Source: Candidatus Eiseniibacteriota bacterium
GTDB taxonomy: Bacteria > Eisenbacteria > RBG-16-71-46 > JABDJR01
Assembly: GCA_963762255.1 (NCBI GenBank)
Contig: CAVXKA010000001.1
Span: 64,001 to 128,000, forward strand
DNA length: 64,000 nt
Direction: 5' to 3'
Position 1 is the stretch's first letter. Every line of letters starts with the position of its first letter. Below, one piece after another: positions 54,618 through 64,000 of this stretch. The position numbers and the translations under genes were made by a program. The notes below the pieces were generated by a model, which was not told the origin of the DNA, ran no database searches, and was given only the letters and a program-made list of their open reading frames with translations.

Positions 54618-55934
54618 CTAGAACGGCAGACGCATCCCGCCGAACTTCCGCTGGCCCTTCATGAGCTTGGCCATACGCTGCATGTCGCGGAACTGCTTCA
54701 GGAGGTTGTTGATGTCCTGGACGCTGGTCCCGCTGCCGCGCGCGATGCGCTTGCGCCGGCTGCCGTTGATGAGGCTCGGTTGGTTCCGCTCCTGCAGGGT
54801 CATGGACTGGATGATCGCCTGGATGCGCACGAGCGCGCGGTCGTCGACCTTGAGCCCCTGCATCTGCTTGCCCACGCCGGGGATCATCTTGAGCATGTCC
54901 TCGAGGGGCCCCATCTTCTTGATCTGCTCGAGCTGGGAAAGGAAGTCCTCGAAGGTGAACTCCTCGCGGCGCAGGCGCTCCGCCATGCGCGCCGCTTCGT
55001 GAACGTCCACCGATTCCTGCGCGCGCTCGACCAGCGTGAGCACGTCCCCCATGCCGAGGATGCGCGAGGCCATGCGGTCGGGGTGAAAGTCCTCGAGCGC
55101 CTCCGCCTTCTCGCCGACGCCCACGAACTTGATCGGGACGCCGGTGACGTGCACCACCGAGAGCGCCGCGCCGCCGCGTGCGTCGCCGTCCATCTTCGTG
55201 AGGACAACGCCGGTGAAGGCGATGCGCTTGGCGAAGGTGTCGGCGAGGTTCACCGCATCCTGGCCGGTGAGCCCGTCAAGAACAAGCAGTGTCTCGATGG
55301 GCCCCACCGAGGCCTTGATCTGCGCGAGTTCCTCCATGAGCGGTTCGTCGACATGGAGGCGACCGGCGGTGTCGAGCACGACGAGGTCGAAGTCGCGCTG
55401 GCGGGCTTCGGCGACGCCTTGCTTGCAGATGCTGACGGGGTCCTGGCCGCGGCGGATGAAGACTTCCGCGCCGACCTGCTTTGCGACGACTTCGAGTTGA
55501 TCCATCGCGGCGGGGCGCTGCGTGTCGGCGGCCACGAGGAGCACGCGCTTCTGGCGCTTCAAGAAACGGTGAGCGAGTTTGCCGCAGAAGGTGGTCTTGC
55601 CTGAGCCCTGCAGGCCGCAGACCATGACGATGGTGGGGCCGTTCTGGGCCTGGGCGAGGGGACGATGGTTGGAGCCGAGGAGGTGGACCATCTCGTCGTA
55701 GACGACCTTGACCACCTGCTGGGCGGGGTGAAGACCCTTGAGGGTCTCGAGGCCGACCGCCTTCTCTTCGATGCGGGCGACGAACTCCTTGGCGACCTTG
55801 AAGTTGACGTCGGCTTCGAGGAGGGCGCGGCGGACTTCGCGCAGGCTCTCCTTGATGTTCTCGGGCGTGAGGGAGCCATGCCCGCGGAGCTTGCGGAAGA
55901 CGTCGTCGAATTTGGAGGAGAGGGATTCGAACAT
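54618..55934 (-). CDS. ffh: Signal recognition particle protein Ffh
   Basis: ALLEADV, GLQGSGKTT, DTAGR, TKMDGDARGG, RILGMGD and SRRKRIARGSG motifs. Confidence 0.98.
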   Translation of the reverse strand: MFESLSSKFDDVFRKLRGHGSLTPENIKESLREVRRALLEADVNFKVAKEFVARIEEKAVGLETLKGLHPAQQVVKVVYDEMVHLLGSNHRPLAQAQNGPTIVMVCGLQGSGKTTFCGKLAHRFLKRQKRVLLVAADTQRPAAMDQLEVVAKQVGAEVFIRRGQDPVSICKQGVAEARQRDFDLVVLDTAGRLHVDEPLMEELAQIKASVGPIETLLVLDGLTGQDAVNLADTFAKRIAFTGVVLTKMDGDARGGAALSVVHVTGVPIKFVGVGEKAEALEDFHPDRMASRILGMGDVLTLVERAQESVDVHEAARMAERLRREEFTFEDFLSQLEQIKKMGPLEDMLKMIPGVGKQMQGLKVDDRALVRIQAIIQSMTLQERNQPSLINGSRRKRIARGSGTSVQDINNLLKQFRDMQRMAKLMKGQRKFGGMRLPF

Positions 55935-55979
55935 GGGGGAGAGGATACATGATCTGCTGGCCGGCGGACCGAGTCGCCG

Positions 55980-57797
55980 TCACCCCATGCGAGTCCACTC
56001 CGCAAAGCCGACCTCTACGACACCACGCCACACCCGGGGGAGAAATTCTCGGGCTTGATCTTCCCCAGCCCACATGAACTCGACGTGCTCCGAGGACAGG
56101 ATGACTTGCCTCGATACACTGGTCCCCCAGAACAAGTGAACGTGATCTTCGACGAGCGGGACCCCCTCGATCGCGACGCCCGTTCGAAAAGAGCCGAGAA
56201 CCCTGATGCCCTCGTGCGGAATCCTGAGAGCGGTCTCTTCCTCAAGCTCCCTCTCTGCGGCCTCGATCGGGGCTTCGCCGGTCTCGAGTCCCCCACCGGG
56301 TAGCACCCACTTCCTGGTCTTGGCGCTTCTCAGGATGAGCACCTCGCGCTGCCCTGGGGCGTACAGAGTCCACTTCGCGCTCTCCCGCCTCCGCGATGGC
56401 GGTGAGGGCGGGCACCCACAGGCATTCAGTAGTTGTTGCAGAGCGGCCGCGGTGGCATGCCCGAGGTTCACATACCCCGTCTTCGAGTCGACGCTTGAAT
56501 CAGATGTGTCAACGATCAGGCTCGCGGTTGCAGATAGCTCCGCTAAGCCGTGCAACTGCTGCCGCCGTTCGGTGTCCCGCCCGTCGTCGAAATCGGCTCG
56601 CTCGCGCACTGCGTCCTCGCGCAGCTCTGCGTCGCGCCTGACCCAGAGCAGTTGGGCCGGGCGACCGAGGAAACGGACCAGAGTGTCGAGACCCCGCTGC
56701 GACTTCACCCCGTCAATCACCACCGGAGCATGTGCCGGCAAGTCCATGAACTCGGGCGACCGCAAGATTTCGCGGACCACGAACTCTGGATCCCTTGCTT
56801 CCGCCTTTTCCAACTGCGTCACCGCTTCCCACGTTACGCCGCCCATATCATCCAGACAGCTGCGCACAGCCCGCGACCAGGAGACGATGGGCCACCCGGT
56901 CAGTGCTTGGAGTCCCTTTCGGACCATGGTCTTTCCCGCCCCAGGCTTGCCGGCTAGAACTATCAGCGGTGCGGGGCGCTCCCTAGGTTGGAATAGGTCT
57001 CGATGAGAGCGGCTGGCCTGAGTGGGCCGGAGCACTAATGGACCCCGGAGTGGCCCCGCTACCAATTCTTCGAGCCCAAGGATCCCCTGCGGGGACCCCT
57101 CGTAGTCTGTTACCAGGGCAGCGACAACCCGATGTCCCAGCGACGCGAGAAGACCCCGGCATGCTCGCAGCGTTTCACCAGAGGCTGAATGCGCGTCGAC
57201 GAGGAGGACCCTCTGGCCACTCCTTCCCGTCCACCACGCATCCTCGATGGGTAGAGCCGAGTCCATGCCCAGTCTGGCCCTCGAGAAGACGAGGAAGCGC
57301 ATCGGCAACCGGAGGATCCGAGAGAGAAGAGCCCCCTCCGTGAGCCCGCGGGCCAGAATCACCCCGAGCACGTCCGCCGCAGGCGCCGCCTCGCGGCCGA
57401 TCCAAGCCGCCCACATGGCTAGGTCCACAGAGGAGAATCCAATGACGCCGCGTTTCTGAACCGTCGCGGGACCGGAGTGTAGATCCGAGGCACATGTCCA
57501 GTCGGATTGGAGTCGGTCAGCCAACCCCTGTACCCGCTTGCCCACTTCATCGGGCCCGCTCCACCGATCTTGTAGCGAAACGGTGAGCCTCATCTCCGCC
57601 TCCTGGCTGTGAGAGCCCGTCAAGAGAGATTGACCCAAGAGGTCGGCATAGATGCGAATCAGATGAAACAGCGCGGCCTCATCCGTACCGCCGTCACGGC
57701 AGCAACGAACCGACGCTCGGGTGAGCTTGATCAACCGCTCGAATCGGAGGCAGGCGTAGCGATGAAGAACGTCCCCCTCGTCCTCTCGTTCGGTCAC
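55980..57797 (-). CDS. Multidomain protein: PRTase-like + P-loop nucleotide kinase + NUDIX hydrolase
   Basis: RVLLVDAHSASGETL (PRPP-loop variant); LAGKPGAGKT..VVIDGVK (NMP-kinase-like); GGGLETGEAPIEAAERELEEET (Nudix box). Confidence 0.82.
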   Translation of the reverse strand: MTEREDEGDVLHRYACLRFERLIKLTRASVRCCRDGGTDEAALFHLIRIYADLLGQSLLTGSHSQEAEMRLTVSLQDRWSGPDEVGKRVQGLADRLQSDWTCASDLHSGPATVQKRGVIGFSSVDLAMWAAWIGREAAPAADVLGVILARGLTEGALLSRILRLPMRFLVFSRARLGMDSALPIEDAWWTGRSGQRVLLVDAHSASGETLRACRGLLASLGHRVVAALVTDYEGSPQGILGLEELVAGPLRGPLVLRPTQASRSHRDLFQPRERPAPLIVLAGKPGAGKTMVRKGLQALTGWPIVSWSRAVRSCLDDMGGVTWEAVTQLEKAEARDPEFVVREILRSPEFMDLPAHAPVVIDGVKSQRGLDTLVRFLGRPAQLLWVRRDAELREDAVRERADFDDGRDTERRQQLHGLAELSATASLIVDTSDSSVDSKTGYVNLGHATAAALQQLLNACGCPPSPPSRRRESAKWTLYAPGQREVLILRSAKTRKWVLPGGGLETGEAPIEAAERELEEETALRIPHEGIRVLGSFRTGVAIEGVPLVEDHVHLFWGTSVSRQVILSSEHVEFMWAGEDQAREFLPRVWRGVVEVGFAEWTRMG

Positions 57798-59008
57798 TTT
57801 CCTGGTCCTCCGTCCCGTTCAAGAACCCGGGAAAAGAGGGAGAGATAGGCGTCGGTCTCCCGCTCGGGAGCGCAGGCGGATCGGAGGTGCCGCTCAGCGC
57901 GCTCGACCAGCCGCTGCGCCCTCTCCCGATCGTCAAGAAGGCTCCCGATAGCCGCGGCCAGCGCCATGGAGTCGTATCGAGGCACGATGAGCGCCGTTTC
58001 GCCGTGAAGGAGGATGTCGGAGAACACATCGGTCGCCACGACCGGCGTCGTGCTGGCCAGGGCCTCGAGGACCGCGTTGGCCATTCCGTCATCCAATGAA
58101 GGATACGCGAACACGTCCATTGCATGGTAGAAGTCGTAGACGTCCGAGTTCATCTCGAGGAGCCCGACCGTTCGTGTTTTCCGCTGGTACTCCGGGTGGT
58201 CTAACACCGGGCATAGGCTGCGATCGCTCAGGCTCCGCGGCCCTCCAACAACCAGCAGGTAGACATCGTCCCGCTCCCGCGCAAGGGACTGGAAAGCGTC
58301 GCTTAGGTACTGAAGTCCCTTCTTCGGGCGAAAGGTTCCTGTCCAACCCACGACCGCAGCGTTTTCAGGGATTCCGAGTTGATCGCGCACCTCCCGTCTG
58401 AGCGCCTTGCGCCGCAGTGCATCGTGGAGCGGAACTTCTCCAACTGCATTGCGGATGACGAGGAATCGCGAATCTGCCCCAAAGACCCACCTGGCGATCT
58501 CCCTTAGGTATTCGTTGACGAATGTGACGGAAGCAGACCGCTCCACCACCCATTGGGCGAGGGAGAAGGTCGGACCGAGGAAGAGCTCCGTCCCAACGTC
58601 TGCCCCACGGCCGCTGACCACATGAGGGACGCCAAGCCCATGGGCGATAGCGAGACCCGGGAATCCAGCGTCGACCAGGCCGAGCGAGAGGACGATGTCC
58701 CAGTCTCCTTGAGAACGGAGATACCCCAGCGATGTATCGACGAATTGCCGCTTTAGGAATGCCCGGGTCTCTGGTCCGGCCGAAGCGACGCCGGAAGCAA
58801 TAGGGCCGATGCGCACGACCTTGACCCCACTGCCATTGCCCCCCTCCTCCATCACCGCGGGAGGTTGGGTGAGTTGTTCCATCCTGTGGTAAGTGACGAC
58901 AATGGTAGGATGCCCGGCCCGAGTCAGATTGCCGGACAGGCGCGCAGCCGAGCGACCCACGCCCCCGATCTTCGGTGCGTACTCAGGCGTTACCAAGACG
59001 ATGCGCAT
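57794..59008 (-). CDS. GT-B / GT4 family glycosyltransferase
   Basis: MRIVLVTPEYAPKIGGVG; GTFRPKKG; DVFAYPSLDDGMANAVLEALAS..VVATDV. Confidence 0.92.
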   Translation of the reverse strand: MRIVLVTPEYAPKIGGVGRSAARLSGNLTRAGHPTIVVTYHRMEQLTQPPAVMEEGGNGSGVKVVRIGPIASGVASAGPETRAFLKRQFVDTSLGYLRSQGDWDIVLSLGLVDAGFPGLAIAHGLGVPHVVSGRGADVGTELFLGPTFSLAQWVVERSASVTFVNEYLREIARWVFGADSRFLVIRNAVGEVPLHDALRRKALRREVRDQLGIPENAAVVGWTGTFRPKKGLQYLSDAFQSLARERDDVYLLVVGGPRSLSDRSLCPVLDHPEYQRKTRTVGLLEMNSDVYDFYHAMDVFAYPSLDDGMANAVLEALASTTPVVATDVFSDILLHGETALIVPRYDSMALAAAIGSLLDDRERAQRLVERAERHLRSACAPERETDAYLSLFSRVLERDGGPGK

Positions 59009-59900
59009 TCGCTTCCCTCTCCAGCAGGTCGGCCGTCATGTTCAAGTCCATCGGCCGTTTCTCCAGGGCAGGTGCTATAAGGCACAAGAGATGATCGACA
59101 AGGGTCTTCGAGACACAAATGCCCGAGAGCCTTCGGTCGAGATCACACCATTGCGACCGGTATGCGCTCCAGGCTTCCGTCGACTTGCTGACCTGGTTGT
59201 CGAAAGCATCGCTGCCGGTCAGCAGCCAAAAGAGGGTGGTCCCCAGTCCAAACGCGTCTGTGCCGACACCAAACCTCGTGCCCAAGGTCATGAGCTGCTC
59301 CGGCGCCTTGAAACGGTACTTGCCGCTGCCCAGCTTTCCTTCGGCTATTGTCCCTGCTTGGATGGGCTTGGCAAGGGGTCGAGAACTCCCAAAATCAATC
59401 AGGACTGGGGCCTCGAGATTGCCACCACGCAGGAGAACGTTGTGAGGCTTCACATCGAGGTGTAAGAAGCCGCTTGCATGAATGTGGGCAACCGCACGGG
59501 CGATCGCCGCCGCGCACCGTAACGTTGCACCAATCGGGAGGTCCCTCGCCGCTCCCTGCACCTTCAATGAAGACTCCGGGAGCAGCTCGAGGAGAAGGAA
59601 CTCCCCCCCAGGGTCAGCGTCAAGAAGCCGCACTACTCCTGGATGCCCCAGGTGCCGAAGCAGTTTCGCCTCCGCACGAAGGAGCTTTCGCAGAACGAAA
59701 CTGGAGAGATCACCACTCGACTGCCGGGGCAGCTTGACGGCCACCGCCGACTCCTGGCGATCCCGTGCTTCCACAACGATAGAACGACCACCCTTGCCGA
59801 GGACTCGCACCGGGCGGTAGCGCTCACTGAGGCTTGCCGGCCAGACGTGAGGAGAGAAGCTCTTGAGTTCGTCCGTAGATCCGACCTGCCAATCTCGCAT
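58983..59900 (-). CDS. Soluble Hanks-type Ser/Thr protein kinase
   Basis: LGKGGRSIV, VAVK, HLDVKPHN, IDFG, KAPEQ and DAFGLG; no TM segment. Confidence 0.9.
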   Translation of the reverse strand: MRDWQVGSTDELKSFSPHVWPASLSERYRPVRVLGKGGRSIVVEARDRQESAVAVKLPRQSSGDLSSFVLRKLLRAEAKLLRHLGHPGVVRLLDADPGGEFLLLELLPESSLKVQGAARDLPIGATLRCAAAIARAVAHIHASGFLHLDVKPHNVLLRGGNLEAPVLIDFGSSRPLAKPIQAGTIAEGKLGSGKYRFKAPEQLMTLGTRFGVGTDAFGLGTTLFWLLTGSDAFDNQVSKSTEAWSAYRSQWCDLDRRLSGICVSKTLVDHLLCLIAPALEKRPMDLNMTADLLEREANAHRLGNA

Positions 59901-59909
59901 GGAGGTATC

Positions 59910-60182
59910 TCACTCTTCCTTGGAATCAAAGTCACGGTCATTATCACATTCGTATTGTGACGCCCTCGAAAGATTTCTGGACAGGTCATGAGCGGCGTAC
60001 GGTCTTCCTCCGAGACCCAAAGGGGGACGCTGTGACGTATGAAGCGGTCGAAGTTCAGTTAGGGGCAGGCGGCCTACGCCTTGCGCCAAGCGGAGGCGGC
60101 CGAATTCCGGATCAGGCCCGTCGGAAGATCGGGGAATGTTCACCGGGGCTAGATTAGTTGACGTCGGTGTTTCCGTATGCAC
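59910..60182 (-). CDS. Possible small leader/precursor-like peptide (90 aa) with acidic C-terminus
   Basis: Stop lies 9 nt before the kinase ATG; ends SQYECDNDRDFDSKEE; GTG start with no clear RBS. Confidence 0.3.
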   Translation of the reverse strand: MHTETPTSTNLAPVNIPRSSDGPDPEFGRLRLAQGVGRLPLTELRPLHTSQRPPLGLGGRPYAAHDLSRNLSRASQYECDNDRDFDSKEE

Positions 60183-60386
60183 GTTAAGCGTGGCACTGGC
60201 CGGATCAAACGTCCATCCCCAAAGGGGGAGATATCTACGAACGGGAGAGAACTTCGACTCAGTCTACGTTTCATAGTTGACATCACGGAGGTTCGGAAGT
60301 ATTGATGTATTGTGCGGTTAGGATGTCTTCCCCAGGCTCGACCGCCCGAGCCTCGATCGCTCCTTCGCCGCTGACCGGAGGCCGCC

Positions 60387-61850
60387 ATGCGGATCTTTGC
60401 GTTCACACGAGCCGCGCTGCCCGCGACTCTCGCCCTCTGGCTTGTCGCCACTCTGATGATTGCCAGCGTGGTGTCCGGCATCGCCCTCGCCCAGACCACC
60501 CAGGGCCCTCTCGACATGGTCCTCATCATCGACACGTCGAAGACCATGAGGGGCGCCGGCGGTGCGGCGAACATCTTTCCCCGGGTTCAGGACGTCTCGC
60601 GGGGCTTTCTCTCCGACCTGCGCCTTGAGGACACTTTCACTCTCATAGCCTTCGACAGCGACAGCCGGGTGGAGCCCACGGTCCTCCTCGCTTCCGAGGA
60701 CGAGCGACAGAAGCTCTCGGACAAGATCACCGCGCTCCGGCCGGAGGGCGACTGGACCTACACGGCGGACGCGCTGCTCAACGGACTCGCGGAGGCTGAC
60801 CGCCTGGCGAAGCAGTACCCGACCCACACCCAGGTCGTGCTCATCCTCACCGATGGCCTCAATGATCCCCCAAAGGGCGCCCGGGCTAGCGCCCCATCTT
60901 TGAAGGCAGTCACCGAGCCGTATGCCGGCAGGCCTTGGTACGTATACCAGGTTCAGCTCGGACCCGAAGTGGATGAGGCGCTGAGCAAAGCGCTCAAGTC
61001 CTTCACCAACGGCATAACAATTCACGATCGTGGCGGCGCAAACTTGGATGCACTCCGGAAACAGATCCAAGAGAGGCGGCCGCCAAGCAATCCGGTGGAG
61101 CTGCGGCTGGAACCCGACAAGCTCAAGATCAAGGTTCGCGAGATCGGCAAGTCCGAGAGCCAGATTGCGAAGCTCATCCTCCCAGAGGGACTCCCTGCAG
61201 GAGCCTTAAGTGTCACGATCGCCGATCCCAGTGCATTTCCGATGGATATCGACATCACTCCCGAGATCGTGGCTCTGCTGGACGGCGCCGTGAGCTTGCG
61301 CGTCAACGCCACCGCCCGTTCCAAGACCGCCAACGGCACTCATTCCGGGGCGCTTCGTCTCGAAGCCGCACCCGTCCAGGGAATCGCGCTCGCTCCAACC
61401 GAGGTGCCGCTCGATATCGAGACGAGCCTCATTCCCCCGCTCTGGCCGAAGATCCTCGCCGCCATCCTTGCCGCTGCCGTCTTGGCTAGCGTGGTCTTCT
61501 TCGCCATCAAGCGCCTCCGCGAGCGCTGCCTCGACGGCCAGCTCGAGTACTGGCCGCAGGGGCGGCCGCAGGAGCGCAAGAGCATCTCCGATCTTCGCCC
61601 CTTCAAGGGACGCGCCGTTCTCGGTTCGACACAGATCCCCCTATCAGCGGAGCTGGTTGGGGCGGCGACGCTCACCCCGCGCAAGGTCGCGGGGCAATAC
61701 CATGTGGTCGTGACCGCAGCCGAGGGGAAGAACCTGACCACGGGCGGCCGCCGCCAGACCGAGATCGTTCTCTACGACCGGGACACCTTCCTTCTAGAGG
61801 GATGGGAGTTCCACTACCGAGGCGCGGTAGGTGTGCGCCCCCGCGCCTGA
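60387..61850 (+). CDS. Membrane-anchored von Willebrand factor A domain protein with a possible degenerate FHA-like C-terminus
   Basis: Signal peptide; MIDAS DTSKTM..TYT..ILTDG; TM ILAAILAAAVLASVVFFAI; tail VLYDRDTFLLEGWEFHYR. Confidence 0.88.
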   Translation: MRIFAFTRAALPATLALWLVATLMIASVVSGIALAQTTQGPLDMVLIIDTSKTMRGAGGAANIFPRVQDVSRGFLSDLRLEDTFTLIAFDSDSRVEPTVLLASEDERQKLSDKITALRPEGDWTYTADALLNGLAEADRLAKQYPTHTQVVLILTDGLNDPPKGARASAPSLKAVTEPYAGRPWYVYQVQLGPEVDEALSKALKSFTNGITIHDRGGANLDALRKQIQERRPPSNPVELRLEPDKLKIKVREIGKSESQIAKLILPEGLPAGALSVTIADPSAFPMDIDITPEIVALLDGAVSLRVNATARSKTANGTHSGALRLEAAPVQGIALAPTEVPLDIETSLIPPLWPKILAAILAAAVLASVVFFAIKRLRERCLDGQLEYWPQGRPQERKSISDLRPFKGRAVLGSTQIPLSAELVGAATLTPRKVAGQYHVVVTAAEGKNLTTGGRRQTEIVLYDRDTFLLEGWEFHYRGAVGVRPRA

Positions 61851-61947
61851 CGACTGCAACCGGGCAACCGAAGCACATCGGATCGATCCGCACATAGCCT
61901 GAGGGCCGCCCAACGAAGCTGCCCCGCAGCACGGGAGAGAAACCACC

Positions 61948-64000
61948 ATGTCCGAATCCCGAATCGACTTGGCCGAAAACATGATGCCGAGCGGCGAAGC
62001 GACCGAACTCCTCCCCGACCTCCAGTTGTTCGCGGGCGATGTGGAGGTAGGCGAGGGGGCGAGCTTCAGCCCCACTCTGCTGATCGGTCTAGGAGGGACC
62101 GGCGCCGAGGTGTTGCTGCGGGTCAAGCGCATGCTCAGGGAGCGAGGCGCCTCGGGGCACCTGAGCCGCTTCGTCTTCATCGACGCCGACCAGCGCACCT
62201 TCAGCAAGATGCCCGGCTTGCCCCCCGTTGAGCGGGACGAGGCCTGCTTGATCGGGATGAACCAAGCGGTCCGGCTGCTCAACAACCCCGAATTGCACCC
62301 TCACGTCTGGTCCCGATTCCCGAAGTCGGAGCTCAAGGAGGGGTACATCCGCCAGCTCGCACTCGGAGAAGGAGCGGGCCAGATCCGGGCCGCCGGGGCG
62401 CTCGCGCTGCTCCTCGACTACGCGAACGTGCGCACCAGGGTCGAGGCCGCCTACAACAGCCTCGTCCAGCTCTCCAGCCGGCTGCAGGCGAAGATGGCGG
62501 AGGCTCACGGAGCGGCGGTGAGCAGCGATGTCGTCATCTACGTGGTCGGCTCCCTCGCCGGCGGCACCGGGTCGGGATGCGCAATGGACGTCAGCCTCAT
62601 GGCCCGCGACATCTGCCGGGCGCACTACCCTCGCCTCGTGGGAGTCTTCGCCCTGCCCGACGCGTTCGATGAGAAGGTGCAGAACGACGCCACCCAGAAG
62701 GACCGAATCCGCGCCAACTGCTACGCCGCGCTCAAGGAACTTCAGTTCGTCCTCGACGCGGACGCGGACGGCCGCAAGGACATGGTCTTCGATTACGGGA
62801 ACGGCACGACGCTGACTTTGCCCGCCGGAGACAAGGTCTTCTCCCTCGCCTACCTCATCGACAACAGCAACGCCGCCGGAGGGCTGAGCAAGATCGAAGA
62901 CCTCTACGAGCTGATGGCCCGGACCGTGTATCAGGACGTGGGCTCGCGCCTCGGCGCGCACCGCCGCTCCTTTGACCGCAATTGCGGCGTCATCACCGGG
63001 GTGGATTTGTGCCCGAAGAGCGGGCTCCCCCGTCCGTTCAGCTCGGCCGCGACGTCGGCGCTGGTCTACCCCAGCCTGCGTGTCGGCCTCTACTGCACCT
63101 ATCGCACCCTGCACTCCGTGATCCAAGACACGTTCCTGGTCGATCGCCTTCCCGCGGAGAAGGTCGGCGATCTTGTGAACGGGTTCCTCGCCCGGGCGAA
63201 TCTGGACGACCGTGGGTCGAACAACCAACTCATCGAGAGCCTGCTCACCGATCCGACCCGCAACGAGGTCACATCCGCCGCCACCCACGGGCTTCCCCTC
63301 ACGTGGGGCGCGAACTTCAATACCGGCGCATTCGCCGCCAAGATCGAAGCGACCCGGCAGTCCTTCGCCAGCGTGGATCTGCCAAAGATCTCCCACGACA
63401 TCGTCAACAATAACCTCCAGGTGCGCCTCGGCTACGCAAGCGATCCGCCCTCCGATCCGCTGCGCAAGGCGGTCGAGGAACTGGCGGTGACCACTGCCAC
63501 CGATCATGGCGTACCCACCACGCTCGCCGTATTGCAGGATCTCGAAGAGGTCTGCAAGGCGATGAAGACCGAGTTGGAGGCGGAAACCACCAACTGGGCG
63601 TCAGTGGCGCGTCAGAACACACTGCAGCGGTTCAATGAGCGACGCAGCCAACTCGCCGGTCTCAAAGTCTGGCAGCGGGCGGCCAAGACCGACCAAAAGC
63701 TCAAGCGCCTACTTATCGAGGAGTTCAATTACTACGTGGACCAGGAGGCGTGGGCGCTGGCCCGCCCTGCCTGCATCCGGATCCTCGACACCGTGATCGG
63801 CCGGGTGCGCGACGTCGCGGGTGCATGGTCCGCGCTGGGTGGCGAATTGCGAGAGGTGGACCGCGAACTGATTGCGGGGGCGCGCCGGTTGGAGGCTCAG
63901 GGGGGGCGGCCGATGCGCGACTTCGTGGTCGAAATCGAAGTCACGCGCCCCAATTACGAGATCCGCTACTACCAGGCCAACGCCATCAAGCAGACCGACG
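61948..64000 (+). CDS. Tubulin/FtsZ-like GTPase (Tubulin_2 / FtsZ-like 1 type) with long helical C-terminus; runs off the window
   Basis: ATG 61948 after gggag; TLLIGLGGTGAEV, FVFIDAD, GAGQIRAAG, tubulin signature GSLAGGTGSG, ANCYAALKEL; open frame to the window end, hence not in the ORF track. Confidence 0.9.
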   Translation, partial: MSESRIDLAENMMPSGEATELLPDLQLFAGDVEVGEGASFSPTLLIGLGGTGAEVLLRVKRMLRERGASGHLSRFVFIDADQRTFSKMPGLPPVERDEACLIGMNQAVRLLNNPELHPHVWSRFPKSELKEGYIRQLALGEGAGQIRAAGALALLLDYANVRTRVEAAYNSLVQLSSRLQAKMAEAHGAAVSSDVVIYVVGSLAGGTGSGCAMDVSLMARDICRAHYPRLVGVFALPDAFDEKVQNDATQKDRIRANCYAALKELQFVLDADADGRKDMVFDYGNGTTLTLPAGDKVFSLAYLIDNSNAAGGLSKIEDLYELMARTVYQDVGSRLGAHRRSFDRNCGVITGVDLCPKSGLPRPFSSAATSALVYPSLRVGLYCTYRTLHSVIQDTFLVDRLPAEKVGDLVNGFLARANLDDRGSNNQLIESLLTDPTRNEVTSAATHGLPLTWGANFNTGAFAAKIEATRQSFASVDLPKISHDIVNNNLQVRLGYASDPPSDPLRKAVEELAVTTATDHGVPTTLAVLQDLEEVCKAMKTELEAETTNWASVARQNTLQRFNERRSQLAGLKVWQRAAKTDQKLKRLLIEEFNYYVDQEAWALARPACIRILDTVIGRVRDVAGAWSALGGELREVDRELIAGARRLEAQGGRPMRDFVVEIEVTRPNYEIRYYQANAIKQTD

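Overview
High-GC bacterial DNA, probably from a long-read or metagenome assembly: many single-base frameshifts occur, including in essential genes (rplS, rimM, rpsP), so split ORFs are treated as sequence errors. The core content is acyl-CoA metabolism (biotin carboxylase/BCCP, methylmalonyl-CoA mutase, mce, three acyl-CoA dehydrogenases, hbd, thiolase, scoAB, and a second mutase with isobutyryl-CoA-mutase signature residues plus its B12 subunit and meaB) and the ffh...rpsP-khpA-rimM-trmD-rplS...yraN cluster. Main observations: (1) a ~9.7 kb block between ffh and rpsP carries a putative new RiPP operon (Ser/Thr kinase, Lys-rich 113-aa precursor with two LDYGCPPP repeats, radical SAM/SPASM enzyme, M64 metallopeptidase) and a 1006-aa PLD-superfamily protein; (2) a lower-GC operon upstream of ffh encodes a Ser/Thr kinase, a GT4 glycosyltransferase and a PRTase/P-loop kinase/NUDIX fusion, divergent from a vWA + FtsZ/tubulin-like operon; (3) four unrelated secreted proteins share a C-terminal TWGx(I/V)KxxY tail; (4) a 6S-like RNA lies behind a sigma-54-type promoter, with a second sigma-54-type sRNA candidate nearby. 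No tRNA, rRNA, CRISPR array or transposase was recognised. All calls are by eye and no searches were run.
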